From Octopus sinensis (Eukaryota): DNA of 64,000 nt. Shown here one piece after another: positions 38,886 to 50,686 of this stretch; the first letter of the stretch is position 1, and every line of letters starts with the position of its first letter. The position numbers were made by a program, and so were the translations under genes. The stretch spans positions 60,760,001-60,824,000 of the forward strand of contig NC_043006.1 of NCBI RefSeq assembly GCF_006345805.1. The letters are read 5' to 3'. The notes under the pieces were generated by a model. That model made no database searches. It was not told the origin of the DNA and worked only from the letters and a program-made list of their open reading frames with translations.

Positions 38886-39090
38886 GACAAAGTTTTCATT
38901 TCCTTCCACGAGCCAACAAGTAGTTTCATTTGTACTGACAGTGAGGACAGGTCAAATGAAGGATGCAAGTATGCATCTCCGAACTCGAACCTGCCATCCT
39001 CTCACTCATTGCATATGTACATTTTCTCTGGTTGAAAGGAGCAATTCGGTTAAATTTTGATGACTGCTATAACGGCAAAAATCGCCGACG

Positions 39091-39230
39091 CCAATCATCG
39101 CTGACAGAGAGAGTACCTTCTTCAGCAGTTGTTTGTCTGATCGCGTCTCAGTTTTCGAAACATAATTTTTAACGTCTCTCTCAGCTTCAGCCAGTCACCG
39201 GCTGTTGTACGTGGACGCTGTGAGGTAAGT
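39091..39230 (+). promoter_or_regulatory. Candidate core promoter plus short non-coding first exon
   Basis: CCAAT at 39091-39095, Inr-like TCAGTT at 39148-39153, consensus donor GAG|GTAAGT at 39224/39225, locally CpG-rich. Motif evidence only. Confidence 0.35.
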
Positions 39231-39899
39231 CTTACTACTATATACTCTACTTCACCAGCAGAAGATCAATATCGAGCAAGGTGGAAACTTTACTAGATGG
39301 TTTCAGCAGTCTTTTGGAGTAAACATTTTTGTTGTTTTTAAAGATGTGTCATTCAGAAGCTTCAGCAAGATATTCTATCAATTTTTATCAGTGCTTTCAA
39401 CTCATATCACTACTGTTGCAGCGACGCACCAGCCAACTGGATACACATTTTGCGGTTTGACGATATTCTCACCACAAAGGTCAGTACAGAGCACGTTTCT
39501 TTTGGTGTGATTATGTACATATACAAATAATACACACGTGTGTGTGTAAATATATATATAGTCACACATTAATCATATGTCTGTATGTATGTATATATAT
39601 ACATTTATCACAAAAGGTCACTAAGTACTAAACAAACAAGTGTGATCATACCTTCCTTCCCCTCTTTACCTTCCCCTCCTTCTCAAACTGTTTTATTTTT
39701 TCTTTTCACTTAATTGGCAAACCCCACATTTTTTTCATACATAAAAGGCCAAGAAATCTAATTTTAAACCATTTTTTGATAACTCCGATAAGAAAGCGGT
39801 AAAAGTGCAAATAGAATGTAAATAAAAATATATATAATCATCCAACATTTTGACTACCTTTTTATTCTAAATATGAAATATCTGTACATCACTTCAAAA

Positions 39900-39947
39900 A
39901 CTATCTATATACATATGTATGTATGTATGTATGAATTATCTATCTAA

Positions 39948-39996
<49 letters not shown>

Positions 39997-40063
39997 ATCT
40001 ATCTATCTATCTATATACATATATATACATATATATGTGGTATATGTATATATATATATATAT

Positions 40064-40103
<40 letters not shown>

Positions 40104-40227
40104 TGGTCAGTATCCCTACAGCAGATCTCTATGGAATACTTGAGATTGCTGTCTGCTACAACATTAGGACAAGATGGCTCACTCTTTAACAAACACACAC
40201 ATGTATGTATGTTTATATATATATAAG

Positions 40228-40267
<40 letters not shown>

Positions 40268-40332
40268 ATATATATATGTATGTATATATATATATATATA
40301 TATGTATGTATATATATATATATATATGTATG

Positions 40333-40363
<31 letters not shown>

Positions 40364-40384
40364 ATATATATATATGTATGTATA

Positions 40385-40420
<36 letters not shown>
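39900..40420. repeat. (TATC)/(TA)/(TATG) compound microsatellite
   Basis: Direct reading. Confidence 0.93.
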
Positions 40421-40424
<4 letters not shown>

Positions 40425-41074
40425 GAGGGCATTATAATACATGCCAGATGGCATTATACATACATGCCACACGCTAAGAGGGACAATTAGTTCATTTCTA
40501 CCAAAAATATACTAATCTCACCGAATGCAATTTTTCAAAGTAAGACATTTAAAAATATAGACCTGTATCACAGTGATTTCATACTTACGTTTCATCAGCA
40601 GGCCTGGATGTATCATACATAAACGACCCTGCCTCGCTTAAGCCGATCAGCTAACTGATCAACATCAACGAAGCACATGGGTGAGTTTACATATATTAGA
40701 TCCTGTAAATGTCAGACTTTTTTCGAATTGCATTTCGGAAAGGAAAAGTTTTTTCGGAAAAAAATTTAGCAATTAAGGACAACTACTTAATAAGGAAAAC
40801 TTAACAAGAAATTGTCAGGTAGATAGCGTGAAAACCTCATAAGAGAAAAAATTTCGAAAATAATTATTTCTTATTGAACATATTAATTTATATATAGAGG
40901 GCATTATACATACATGCCAGATGGCATTATACATACATGCCACACGCTAAGAGGGACAATTAGTCATTTCTACCAAAAATATTACTAATCCCACCGAATG
41001 CAATTTTTCAAAGTAAGACATTTAAAAGATATAGACCTGTATCACAGTGATTTCATACTTACGTATTCATCAGC

Positions 41075-41075
<1 letters not shown>
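40420..41075. repeat. Unclassified TA-associated repeat: two direct units of about 180 bp (40420-40600, 40892-41075) around a spacer of about 290 bp
   Basis: Both units start TATAGAGGGCATTAT, contain the palindrome ATGCCA-GA-TGGCAT and end CATCAGCA. The same terminus and part of the spacer recur at 45.6-45.9 kb and 47.5 kb. Confidence 0.85.
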
Positions 41076-41120
<45 letters not shown>

Positions 41121-41883
41121 TAGATATATATATATATGTATGTATATATATATATATATGTATGTATATATATATATTATATGTATGTATTATAATATAT
41201 ATATATATGTATGTATATATATATCTATATATATGTATGTATATATATATATAATATATATGTATGTATATATATAATATATAGATATATATATATGTAG
41301 ATATATATATAATATATTATATATATATATATATATATGTATGTATCTATACATATATATATATATGTGTATGTATATATTAATATATGTATGTATATAA
41401 TATATATATGTGTATGTATATATATATATATATTATGTGTGTATGTATTATATATATATATAGTGTATGTATATATATATATATATGTGGTATATATATA
41501 TATATATATATATATTATTATATATGTATATATATATATATATATATGTATGTATAGTATATATATATATATGTATGTATATATATATATATATATGTAT
41601 GTATATATATATATATGTGTGTATATATATATATATATGTGTATGTATATATATATATATATATGTGTATATATATATATATATATGTGTGTAGTATATA
41701 TATATATATGTATGTATATATATATTATATATATGTAGTATATATATAGATATATATATGTGTGTGTATATATATATATATATGTATGTTATATATTATA
41801 TATATGTATGTATATATATAATATATATATGTGGTGTTATAATATATATATATATGTATGTATATATATATATATATGTATGT

Positions 41884-41916
<33 letters not shown>

Positions 41917-42036
41917 GTAGTATATATATATATATATATTGTATGTATATATACTATAGATAATATATATATATGTATGTAATATATATTATATATTATA
42001 CTATATTGTATGTATATATATATATATATATGTATG

Positions 42037-42076
<40 letters not shown>

Positions 42077-42111
42077 ATAATATTATATATATATATATAT
42101 ATAATATATAT

Positions 42112-42154
<43 letters not shown>

Positions 42155-42155
42155 A
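41076..42155. repeat. Long imperfect (TA)n/(TATG) microsatellite
   Basis: Direct reading, about 1.1 kb. Confidence 0.97.
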
Positions 42156-43013
42156 TAGGGTGGGTGGAAAGTAACTAGAAAGATTGCTTATAGAATCTTT
42201 AGTATCACTGAAGTAATAACGCAAACATTTTTTAAACAGACAACACTAATGGGGATTTCTTATTTTCTTATTTTTTTATTTCTTATTTCTTATTTTCCAG
42301 TGGATCGGTCACTTGACTGTTCAGGTGTGAAGTAAGATCACAGCATGCTATGAAGTGTGGAATACCATTGTTTTGTTTCAGAGATGGTGGCGTGTATGAA
42401 AAGGTAAGCATGCAACACTACATGCAGAGACAATAAAAAGTTGTCATGCAAAGCTGATGACCGCGATCTCTGTGAACAGTACAAAAAGAAGTGGTCGGAG
42501 AACGTGGCAGCGGTGTTGGAAATGTTTAATCACTGCTCGTAACAATCAACACGTCAAGCAGCTCATGAAAGTGGACTAACAAGTCATACAATAAGTACGG
42601 TGTTGTGTATAGAATTTAATTTTCGTCCGTGGAAACCCAATTATCTGAAGACTGTGACCGAAGTATGAAATATGGGGAGTTAATGGTAGGCTGGCATGAA
42701 TATTAGCCTGTGGGGTTACACAAAAGAGGTGGTGTACGAGACAAAACCACGCATACTGGAGGACTTGAAAACATGTATTCAGGAGGTTCTCAACGATATC
42801 CCACACGACGTATTTCAAGAGGTTGTTCATTTCATCCCTGGCCGTTTTAGGAAACTGGTTGACGCCAACGGTGCTTATGTTGAAATATGAAGATATACTT
42901 TCATTTCCCCCATATAATAAAGAACATGTGTCATTTGTTTCAATAAATTTATAAATATAGTATGGATTTTATTACCAATTTTTAATGTTTTCTCACTTTC
43001 CATCAACCGTCTA
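42156..43013 (+). mobile_element. Non-autonomous Tc1/mariner-superfamily element (DD37D/DD41D-like), internally deleted
   Basis: TA-flanked imperfect TIRs (TAGGGTGGGTGGAAAGT and the reverse complement of ACTTTCCATCAACCGTCTA). QSTRQAAHESGL...FRPWKP; C-terminal LWGYTKEVVYETKPRILEDLK...ANGAYVE. Confidence 0.75.
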
Positions 43014-43020
43014 TATATAA

Positions 43021-43185
43021 GCGCAGGCTTGGCTGTGTGGTAAAAAATTACCTGCTAACCACATAGTTCCGGGTTCAGTCCCACTGCATGTCAACTACGG
43101 CAACTCATTTGCTGTAACTCGAAGCTAACCAAGGAATTCTGAGTTGATTTATTAGGCGGTAGCTGAAAGGAACCAGTCGTCGATT
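43021..43185 (+). mobile_element. tRNA-derived SINE, decayed
   Basis: GCGCAGGCTTGGCTGTGTGGTAA...TTCCGGGTTCAGTCCCACTGC; same family as 50118-50279. Confidence 0.75.
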
Positions 43186-43211
43186 ATACACACACACACA
43201 CACACACACAC

Positions 43212-43263
<52 letters not shown>

Positions 43264-43679
43264 AATACGAATATTTAGCGGAGATAACACAGTGACACAA
43301 GGTACGTGGGTATTAATATACATATACTCATATTTTGGGTTCTATCTTTCCCGTTTGCATCACACACACACAAGCATATATATGTGTGTGTGCGTGTGTG
43401 TCCAAAATTAAGGAGTGGAGTAGATAAAATCCAGGATACATGAATTTTATAGCTAGCAGAATCTCCGAAGCAGTAACTGCCCAAACGAAGGGTATTCCGC
43501 TAGCTACTCATCGGGCCAAAGATATCTCAATCAAAATAAGTTAACATTGTCGACAAGGGATCGCATGTTAACTCGCAAGAGATTCGATCGAAAATGCGTA
43601 GAAGACACGAAGTTAGAGAAAGAAAAAGGAAAGCATATTTGTGAAGTAGGGTTGTGGGTAAAATGTCTAAACTTGTTAA

Positions 43680-44760
43680 GGAAAAAAAATAATATGAAAA
43701 AGAAATGAGAGGGGGACTATTAGGGGAAAAATTTTAGTATTACTGAAACTGGTTAGGAGAACGTTTTGTGAATTTAAGCTGGTGGAATTTACTGGGTCCA
43801 CTGTAGAATAAATAAGTAAATATATTGTGGTACCCTGTAAGTAAATTTAAACAGAGTCAAAGAAAAGATAACTGTCGGAATGGTATCAGTTTAGAATTTA
43901 TTTAGGGAGGGGGAGAATGAGAGTAAGGTGAAAGATAATGGTTTTGGCCATTAGGGTAATATAATAGTTCCAGGAAAGTTGGTGGTTCATAGCTTAATTT
44001 TAAAACTGTATAAACGAGTATTAGCATACACGCGCACTTTTTGTGCGCCTGTTGTAAATAGTTGGTGTTTATGCACGAGTGGGCGCTTGTATATTCTCAT
44101 GTACAGAAGGAAGGTGTAAGGAAATAAAAATGTTGGGAAAAATATAGAGTATAAAAAGATAAAGGAATAAAAATTAAAAACTATGAAAACAAATTTAAAA
44201 ATATAAGTCAAGTTAATGTAAAAATTATAAAAAGTAGACAAAAAGTTTTATAAATTTTACAGTATTTTATTTTATATATTTCAACCTTTCTCCATAATTT
44301 TTTTTTATTCTTTACATCTTCCCTCTATTCATGAGAATATAGAAGCGTATACGCGCGCATAAACACCCACTAGTTACTATAGGCGCACAAAAGATAGTAT
44401 GCGCTGATATGCGTTTATTTAGTTTTAAAATTAAGCGATAAACATAAACTTGTCTAGAATTACTATATTCCCCTACTGACCAAAACCATTATCTTCCACC
44501 TCATTCTCCTTCTCCCCTCCCTTAGTAAATTCTAAACCTATATCATTCCTACGGCTTCCTTTTCTTTGACTCTGTTTAAATGTATTTACAGGGTCTCACA
44601 ATATATTTACTTATTTACTCTAGAGGAGACCCAAGTAAATGATCCAAGCCTAAATTCACAAACATTCTCCTAGCCAGTTTCAATAATACCAGACTTTTAC
44701 CCTACAAGACTCCACCTCTCCCTTTCTATTCCGTATTATTTTTTAACTCTATTCCCTTAA
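43680..44760. repeat. Diverged foldback of about 1.1 kb (arms about 43680-44190 and 44280-44760)
   Basis: Colinear reverse-complement blocks, e.g. TTTAAACAGAGTCAAAGAAAAG / CTTTTCTTTGACTCTGTTTAAA and AAGATAATGGTTTTGG / CCAAAACCATTATCTT. Roughly 75-80% identity by eye. Confidence 0.85.
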
Positions 44761-45597
44761 TTTTGTATTTTTATTCGCATACACAGCTTTTAACCGTAAG
44801 CTATAAAATAACTTCTTACAGCTTATCGAATTTCAATATGGGAAACATTTACAACCTTCTACGTCAATAAACCACTATTATTCCTAAAAGTTGCTTCTCA
44901 TACCCTCTACGGACTGCTTGAAACTTACTAACTTCCTACACCTTGATCCTTAGATCTTACTCTTTACACACACACATACACACACACTAACATACACACA
45001 TAACATACCATAGAGAGGGAAAATGGAATATACGAGAGATTTTATCACCCGCAACGATCATTTCGACCCATCCTGCATCGAACTCTCCTGGGTTTGATAT
45101 GGTACAACTGGTTGTGATGCTTCCCTTGACACAGCAGTATCTTGTTAGGTGATGTTATAAGGGTTATCTATGAAATATATCCTGTTTCTCACGGTATTAA
45201 TACAGCATGTTGATAATGACCGTAGGTCATTAGGCGGGAATGGTGAAGGACAGATTCCGTTGCGATGTTATAGAGAGTGCCTACATGCGTTTAGTAGTAA
45301 ATCAAAGACAGAGTAAATAAGTAAAATAAGAACAAGAAGATAAAAATATACAATAAAGGAAAAAGTTATGTGCGCCAGTAAAAACAGTGTTACTTCCGTA
45401 TCCACACAAGTAGTCCTGTACACAGGGACACACGCACACACACACAAAAAAAAAATACACACACATTCTCGTATGTGCAGTAAAGTAGATGATATTAAAC
45501 TCTGATAAATGTTCAGCCATTCTTGTTTCACGCAGTAACTCCAGGCACATCATGTTCCGCCTGACTTGCTATGTGGCTTTTGTTAGTCGTATATATT

Positions 45598-45647
45598 TTA
45601 GTGACTATGATACTACACACATACATATACTGCGAGATAGGTTTTAC

Positions 45648-45679
<32 letters not shown>

Positions 45680-45832
45680 TATATAGAGGGCATTACTACA
45701 TTACTATACATAAATGCCACACGCTAGGAGAGACTCTCAAAGTCAAAACTACCAAAATAAATAAACTAGCGTTTGGCATTTATGTATAGTAATGCCCTCT
45801 ATATAATATATATAAATATATATAAGTGAAAA
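45598..45832. repeat. Left arm of a near-identical inverted duplication; contains a MITE-like hairpin
   Basis: Reverse complement of 47506-47810 except for microsatellite length and a 13-nt indel. Internal TIR ATAGAGGGCATTACTA...ATAAATGCCA(C/A)ACGCTAG. Confidence 0.9.
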
Positions 45833-45928
45833 AATAGGTGGATTTTTTTCTCTTATGAGGTTTTTCACGCTAACTACTTGATAAATACTTATAAAGATCT
45901 TATCCTATTTTAAAATTGTATATATATA

Positions 45929-47080
45929 TATCTTATTCCCCCCGTCTGTCTTGATAGACAACGGGTTGCGTCAAGGGTGGAGCCTACTTTGATGATGTGC
46001 AGCGTCTGCTGTGACTGAACAGTCCAATTCTAGAGTGGCAGTCCTTGGTACAGTTGCTGCACACGAACATCGATGGGTACGTGTGGGGTGTTGCTGCAGT
46101 TGTCCTCCTCCTGTCCCGCCTGTCCAACCACAGCTGTGCTCTCCTCTCCTCAGCCATGGAAACGCCTTTCCTCACCGTCCGACGCCAGGCAGAGCGGTCA
46201 GCAGCTGTTTCCTCCCACGTGTCCACACAGATGTTGGCAGTCCTCAGGTCGCGCTTGCACACGTCCCTGTATCGTAGCTGTGGACGTCCCTTGGGTCGGG
46301 ATCCCGTGGTGAGTTCGCTGTACAGGATGTCTTTAGGCATGCGACCGTCCTGCATGCGGCAGACGTGTCCGAGCCAGCGCAGTCGTCTCCGCACGAGGAG
46401 GGCATACATGCTTGGCATATTAGTCTGTTCCAGGATGACTCCGTTTGGTACTCGGTCCTTCCAGGAGATGGCAAGGATCCGTCGAAGACACCGCATGTGG
46501 AAGCCGCTGAGGCGGCATTCCTGCCGGGTGTATGTTGTCCAGCTCTCGCTGCCGTAGAGTAGGGTGCTCAGCACGCAGGCTCGGTACACTGCGATCTTGG
46601 TGGTTATTGTGAGCATGTTGTTTTCCCACACTCTCCTGGAGAGCTTAGCCATGGTAGCAGCAGCCTTCCCAATCCGTCTGTTCAGCTCCGGCTCGAGGGA
46701 CAGGCTGCTGGAGACCGTCGATCCCAGGTAAGTGAACTCGTCACCACCTGCAAGCTGTGGTCGCCGACACTGATGCTGGGGACCCCTCCGACGTCCTGCC
46801 CATGATCTCTGTCTTTTTCAGGCTGATGGTAAGGCCGAACTCTTGGCAGGCATCCGCCAGGGAGCTGACCAGCCTCTGGAGACCCGGTTGTTTGTGTGAT
46901 GTTAGGGCGGCATCGTCAGCAAAGAGGATCTCTCTGATCAGCACCTGACGGACTTTGGTCTTAGCTCTGAGGCGCGCAAGATTGAACAATCCACCATCAG
47001 CCCTGGTGTGAAGGAACACTCCGTCGTCGGACGTTCTGAAGGCATAGGACAGGACAAGGGAGAAGAAAATTCCGAAGAGC
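45929..47080 (-). mobile_element. Young, GC-rich, 5'-truncated RTE-clade (BovB-like) LINE
   Basis: TLFGIFFS...LFADDAAL...FTYLGS...WLGHVCRM...CSNCTKDCHSRIGLFSHSRRC*. Short 3' UTR. Flanked by the direct repeat GTATATATATA (45918-45928, 47081-47091). Two single-base frameshifts and no in-frame stop seen. Confidence 0.93.
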
Positions 47081-47124
47081 GTATATATATACTTGTATAA
47101 ATATATATATTACAACACGTCCGT

Positions 47125-47395
47125 CGCCTTTCTCGACATTTAGGTCAACATACACAACTCCGCTCTCACTACCTCTATCCACCACAAACACACCGACCTA
47201 CACTCATACCTCAACTTCTCTTCCTACCACCCTACCAAGCTTTCCCACACCAAACTTTCCATAACCTTCTCCCAATTCTTCCGTCTGCGCAGGCTCTGCT
47301 GTGACAACCATGACTTTGAGACTTAGTCTCAACTCATAGCTCGCTACTTCATCCTTCGTGGGTATCCCCTCACCACTATCCACACCACCTTTGCT
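47125..47395 (+). mobile_element. Penelope-like RT C-terminal fragment
   Basis: FLDI*V....LTTSIHHKHTDLHSYLNFSSYHP...HTKLSITFSQFFRLRRLC...RGYP; same type as 600-900. Confidence 0.8.
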
Positions 47396-47397
47396 TC

Positions 47398-47670
47398 TGT
47401 GAAATTCTGTTTTCCGCTTGGTCAAACTGCGGCCGAACCAGTTGTCAGGCTTCAACCTGCTTTCAAGCTTGCTACCATGAGCAAAACACAAGTTTACGAG
47501 TGGTTTTCACTTATATATATTTATATATATTATATAGAGGGCATTACTATACATAAATGCCAAACGCTAGGAGGGTACGATAAGTTTATTTATTTTGGTA
47601 CTTTTGACTTTGAGAGTCTCTCCTAGCGTGTGGCATTTATGTATAGTAATGTAGTAATGTCCTCTATATA

Positions 47671-47764
<94 letters not shown>

Positions 47765-48337
47765 CCTATCTCGTAGTATATGTATGTGTGTAGTATCATA
47801 GTCACTAAAAGAAGTGTCACTTGTTGCTTGAAGACCAACCTCGTTCAGGGCGTCCATGGATCTCCCGAACGAATGAATCGATCTTGGAGGACCGTCTCCG
47901 AACACGTGACTGGTGTGTCCTGAAGCTTCTGCCAACTAATTTTCAGCGAGGAATTCTGAATGAAATGAGTTGCAGCAAAATTTATACTTCGCTTGCTCAC
48001 GGAAGATCAAAGGCAGTCACGACTGAATGCGTGTTGTAAACTGAAACTACAGCTGTTTGTTGCTCTTGCTCCATGCGACTTCTTTTTGTTACTCCGAATG
48101 AAAAATGTCTTTAGATGAAAATGTTTTGCCGATGTAGAAGAGGACGAGAAAACGACATAGGCGTTAAGAGGCATCACTTCGCACGAGTCCCAGGCCTGCT
48201 TCGAACAGTCGAAAAGGTATCAGAAGCAAAGCATCGGTTCGAAGGGAGAATACTTTGAAGGCGATAAAAGTGTCAACATATAAAACTAAGAAAATAAAAT
48301 AATATTGCAAAATCCAGTTTCTTCGGGTCCCCTCTTG
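47398..48337 (+). mobile_element. Mariner element, internally deleted and interrupted by 47506-47810
   Basis: VKFCFPLGQTAAE...MSKTQVYEWFS [insert] HLLLEDQPRSGRP...AAKF..RLLTEDQ // LAPCDFFL...GEYFEGD. Right TIR GGGTCCCCTCTTG|TA. Confidence 0.8.
47506..47810. repeat. Right arm of the inverted duplication, inserted in the mariner
   Basis: See 45598-45832. Confidence 0.9.
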
Positions 48338-48347
48338 TATATATATA

Positions 48348-48403
<56 letters not shown>

Positions 48404-48788
48404 TGTTTAATATGTTGCTGATGTCTTTGTTCAGTAATACATCTTTCTGGTGAATTTCTTTGAAAATTTATAACCAACTACGTCAGAAAACATTTTGTTT
48501 ATTTATTTTTGTTCTCGTTTTGACAGAACAAAAAACTGTTATTTACTCTCTAGAGATCATTATAAAAGTACTACTTTCTAGACCTTAGAAAAGTTTGTAC
48601 GTGTGAAAATTTTGATTTTGCTGTCCTGTCCCCACCAACTTAAGGACATGCGCCTGAATCATCTGCACCTCCTTCAATCCCTGTTCTCGGGCCCTCACTG
48701 TGTGCATGTCTGTATATGCATGCGTTCGTTTGTGTGCCTGTTTATGTATACTTCAGCATATATAGATTTATATAGGTGTATATCTGTA

Positions 48789-48873
<85 letters not shown>

Positions 48874-49805
48874 ATGTATGTATATAAGTAGGTGAATGAA
48901 TTATCCTAGCATGGAAAATTCGTTTAACCGAAACCTGGGTAGCAAATTCATGTCAGAAAACACGGTTGAAGCGACCTGTCAAGGGTAGAAACTCCGGCTT
49001 CTTGTGTAGAAATTTGTGTTTTATATGAATAAATGAAAGAATGGAGTCGAACGAAGATGTTAACAAAATTTTGTTTACATATTCGTTCGACTCCATTCTT
49101 TCATTTATATATATATATATATATATATACATGCGGATATATGAATGTGTGTGAATGTATATAGACGCATGTGTGTGTGTGTGTGTGAGTGTTGGTGTAA
49201 ATATATAAGGCAATCTTTATGCCAAATTAATTTGGTTGTGGTGTTATAACACAGAATGCGTTACTTACTTTAAGAGGATCTGACATATGGACTCGTGGTG
49301 TATAAAAGCACTGCTATTTATCTCGTTGAAAGACCAGAACAGGTTAATACTGCTTCTGTAGGTATTATTTTTAAATAAAAGCATTGATTATTTGCGACAT
49401 CACTGCGACAGCAGATACTGAAATTCTATATACACCGAGGAGGAGATTCGCTGCCGGCCGTCTGTTGCTGAGTATCTGAAGAAGGGCGAAATCAAGTGAA
49501 GTGCCGGACCTGGAGGATGTGGCAAACGTAGCAAATGGTTCTCGGGTGTCAATGATATATATATGCATATATATATATATATACCAGTACTTTTATAGAC
49601 CATGAGTCCATAGGAGATGTCGTCTCAAGGCAAATAACACCGCATCCACGTTAAGTTGTAGAACAAGATTGCTTTTGGCTACTAATACATCTGTTGCTAT
49701 TAATTATTATGCGTATACACACACAGAGAGGCAATCAAACACGCGCACACAACATATGCACATATACATACACACATACAGAGAATGAAACACACGCACA
49801 TATAT

Positions 49806-49864
<59 letters not shown>

Positions 49865-49872
49865 GTATATAT

Positions 49873-50277
49873 CTTTTACTCTTTACTCTTTTACTTGTTT
49901 CAGTCATTTGACTGCGGCCATGCTGGAGCATCGCCTTTAGTCGAGCAAATCGACCCCGGTACTTATTCTTTGTAAGCCCAGTACTTATTCTATCGGTCTC
50001 TTTTGCCGAACCGCTAAGTGACGGGGACGTAAACACACCAGCATCGGTTGTGAAGCAATGGGGTACAAACACAGACACACAAACACACACATACATATAT
50101 AAATATATACATATATACGACAGGCTTCTTCAGTTTCCGTCTACCAAATCCACTCACAAGGCATTGGTCGGCACGGGGCTATAGCAGAAGACACTTGCCC
50201 AAGATGCCACGCAGTGGGACTGAACCCGGAACCATGTGGTTGGTTAGCAAGCTACTTACCACACAGCCACTCCTGCG

Positions 50278-50279
<2 letters not shown>
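49873..50279 (-). mobile_element. Well-preserved composite tRNA-derived SINE (head 50279-50118, internal CA/TA repeat, 3' module 50075-49873)
   Basis: Minus strand GGCGCAGGAGTGGCTGTGTGGTAAG (A box)...GGGTTCAGTCCC (B box)...TTGGGCAAGTGTCTT, then ...GGGGTCGATTTGCTCGACTAAAGGCG...GACTGAAACAAGTAAAAGAGTAA tail. Confidence 0.88.
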
Positions 50280-50319
<40 letters not shown>

Positions 50320-50325
50320 ATATAT

Positions 50326-50686
50326 GGTGACCCCCTTCGGTCAGACGCTGACCATGGGTTTGCACCTAGAGAGTTACCCTCTGAGGCAAGTCTGGGCAAG
50401 GTTGTTTTTTATGGAAGACCAGCAGTCGCCCATGCATACCGGCCTCCCCTCTCCACGTCACCGATGTTGTCCAAGGGAAAGGCAAGGGCCGATACAGCTT
50501 GGCACCTGTGACGTCGCAACTCATTTCTAGAGCTGAGTGAACTGGAGCAACGTGAAAATAAAGTGTCTTGCTCAAGAACACAACACGCACCCCGGTCCGG
50601 GATTCGAGCTCACAACCTCACGATCGTAAGCTCGACGCTCTAACCACTGAGCCACGTGCCTTCACTCTAACCACGAGCCACGTGCC
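50326..50686 (-). mobile_element. tRNA-derived CORE-type SINE with a duplicated 5' end
   Basis: GGCACGTGGCTCAGTGGTTAGAGCG...TCGAATCCCGG head, then TTCTTGAGCAAGACACTTTATTTT...AAATGAG (CORE-like). A 22-nt piece of the head is repeated at 50665-50686. Confidence 0.85.

Noticed and set aside
43490-43530. Minus-strand CCGATGAG...GGAATAC hammerhead-like motif
   Set aside because: Both core boxes are mutated and no stem I or cleavage triplet can be formed.
50600-50665. tRNA gene
   Set aside because: A and B boxes are present but the anticodon and acceptor stems do not pair, and the sequence runs into a SINE core. The other SINE heads were rejected for the same reason.
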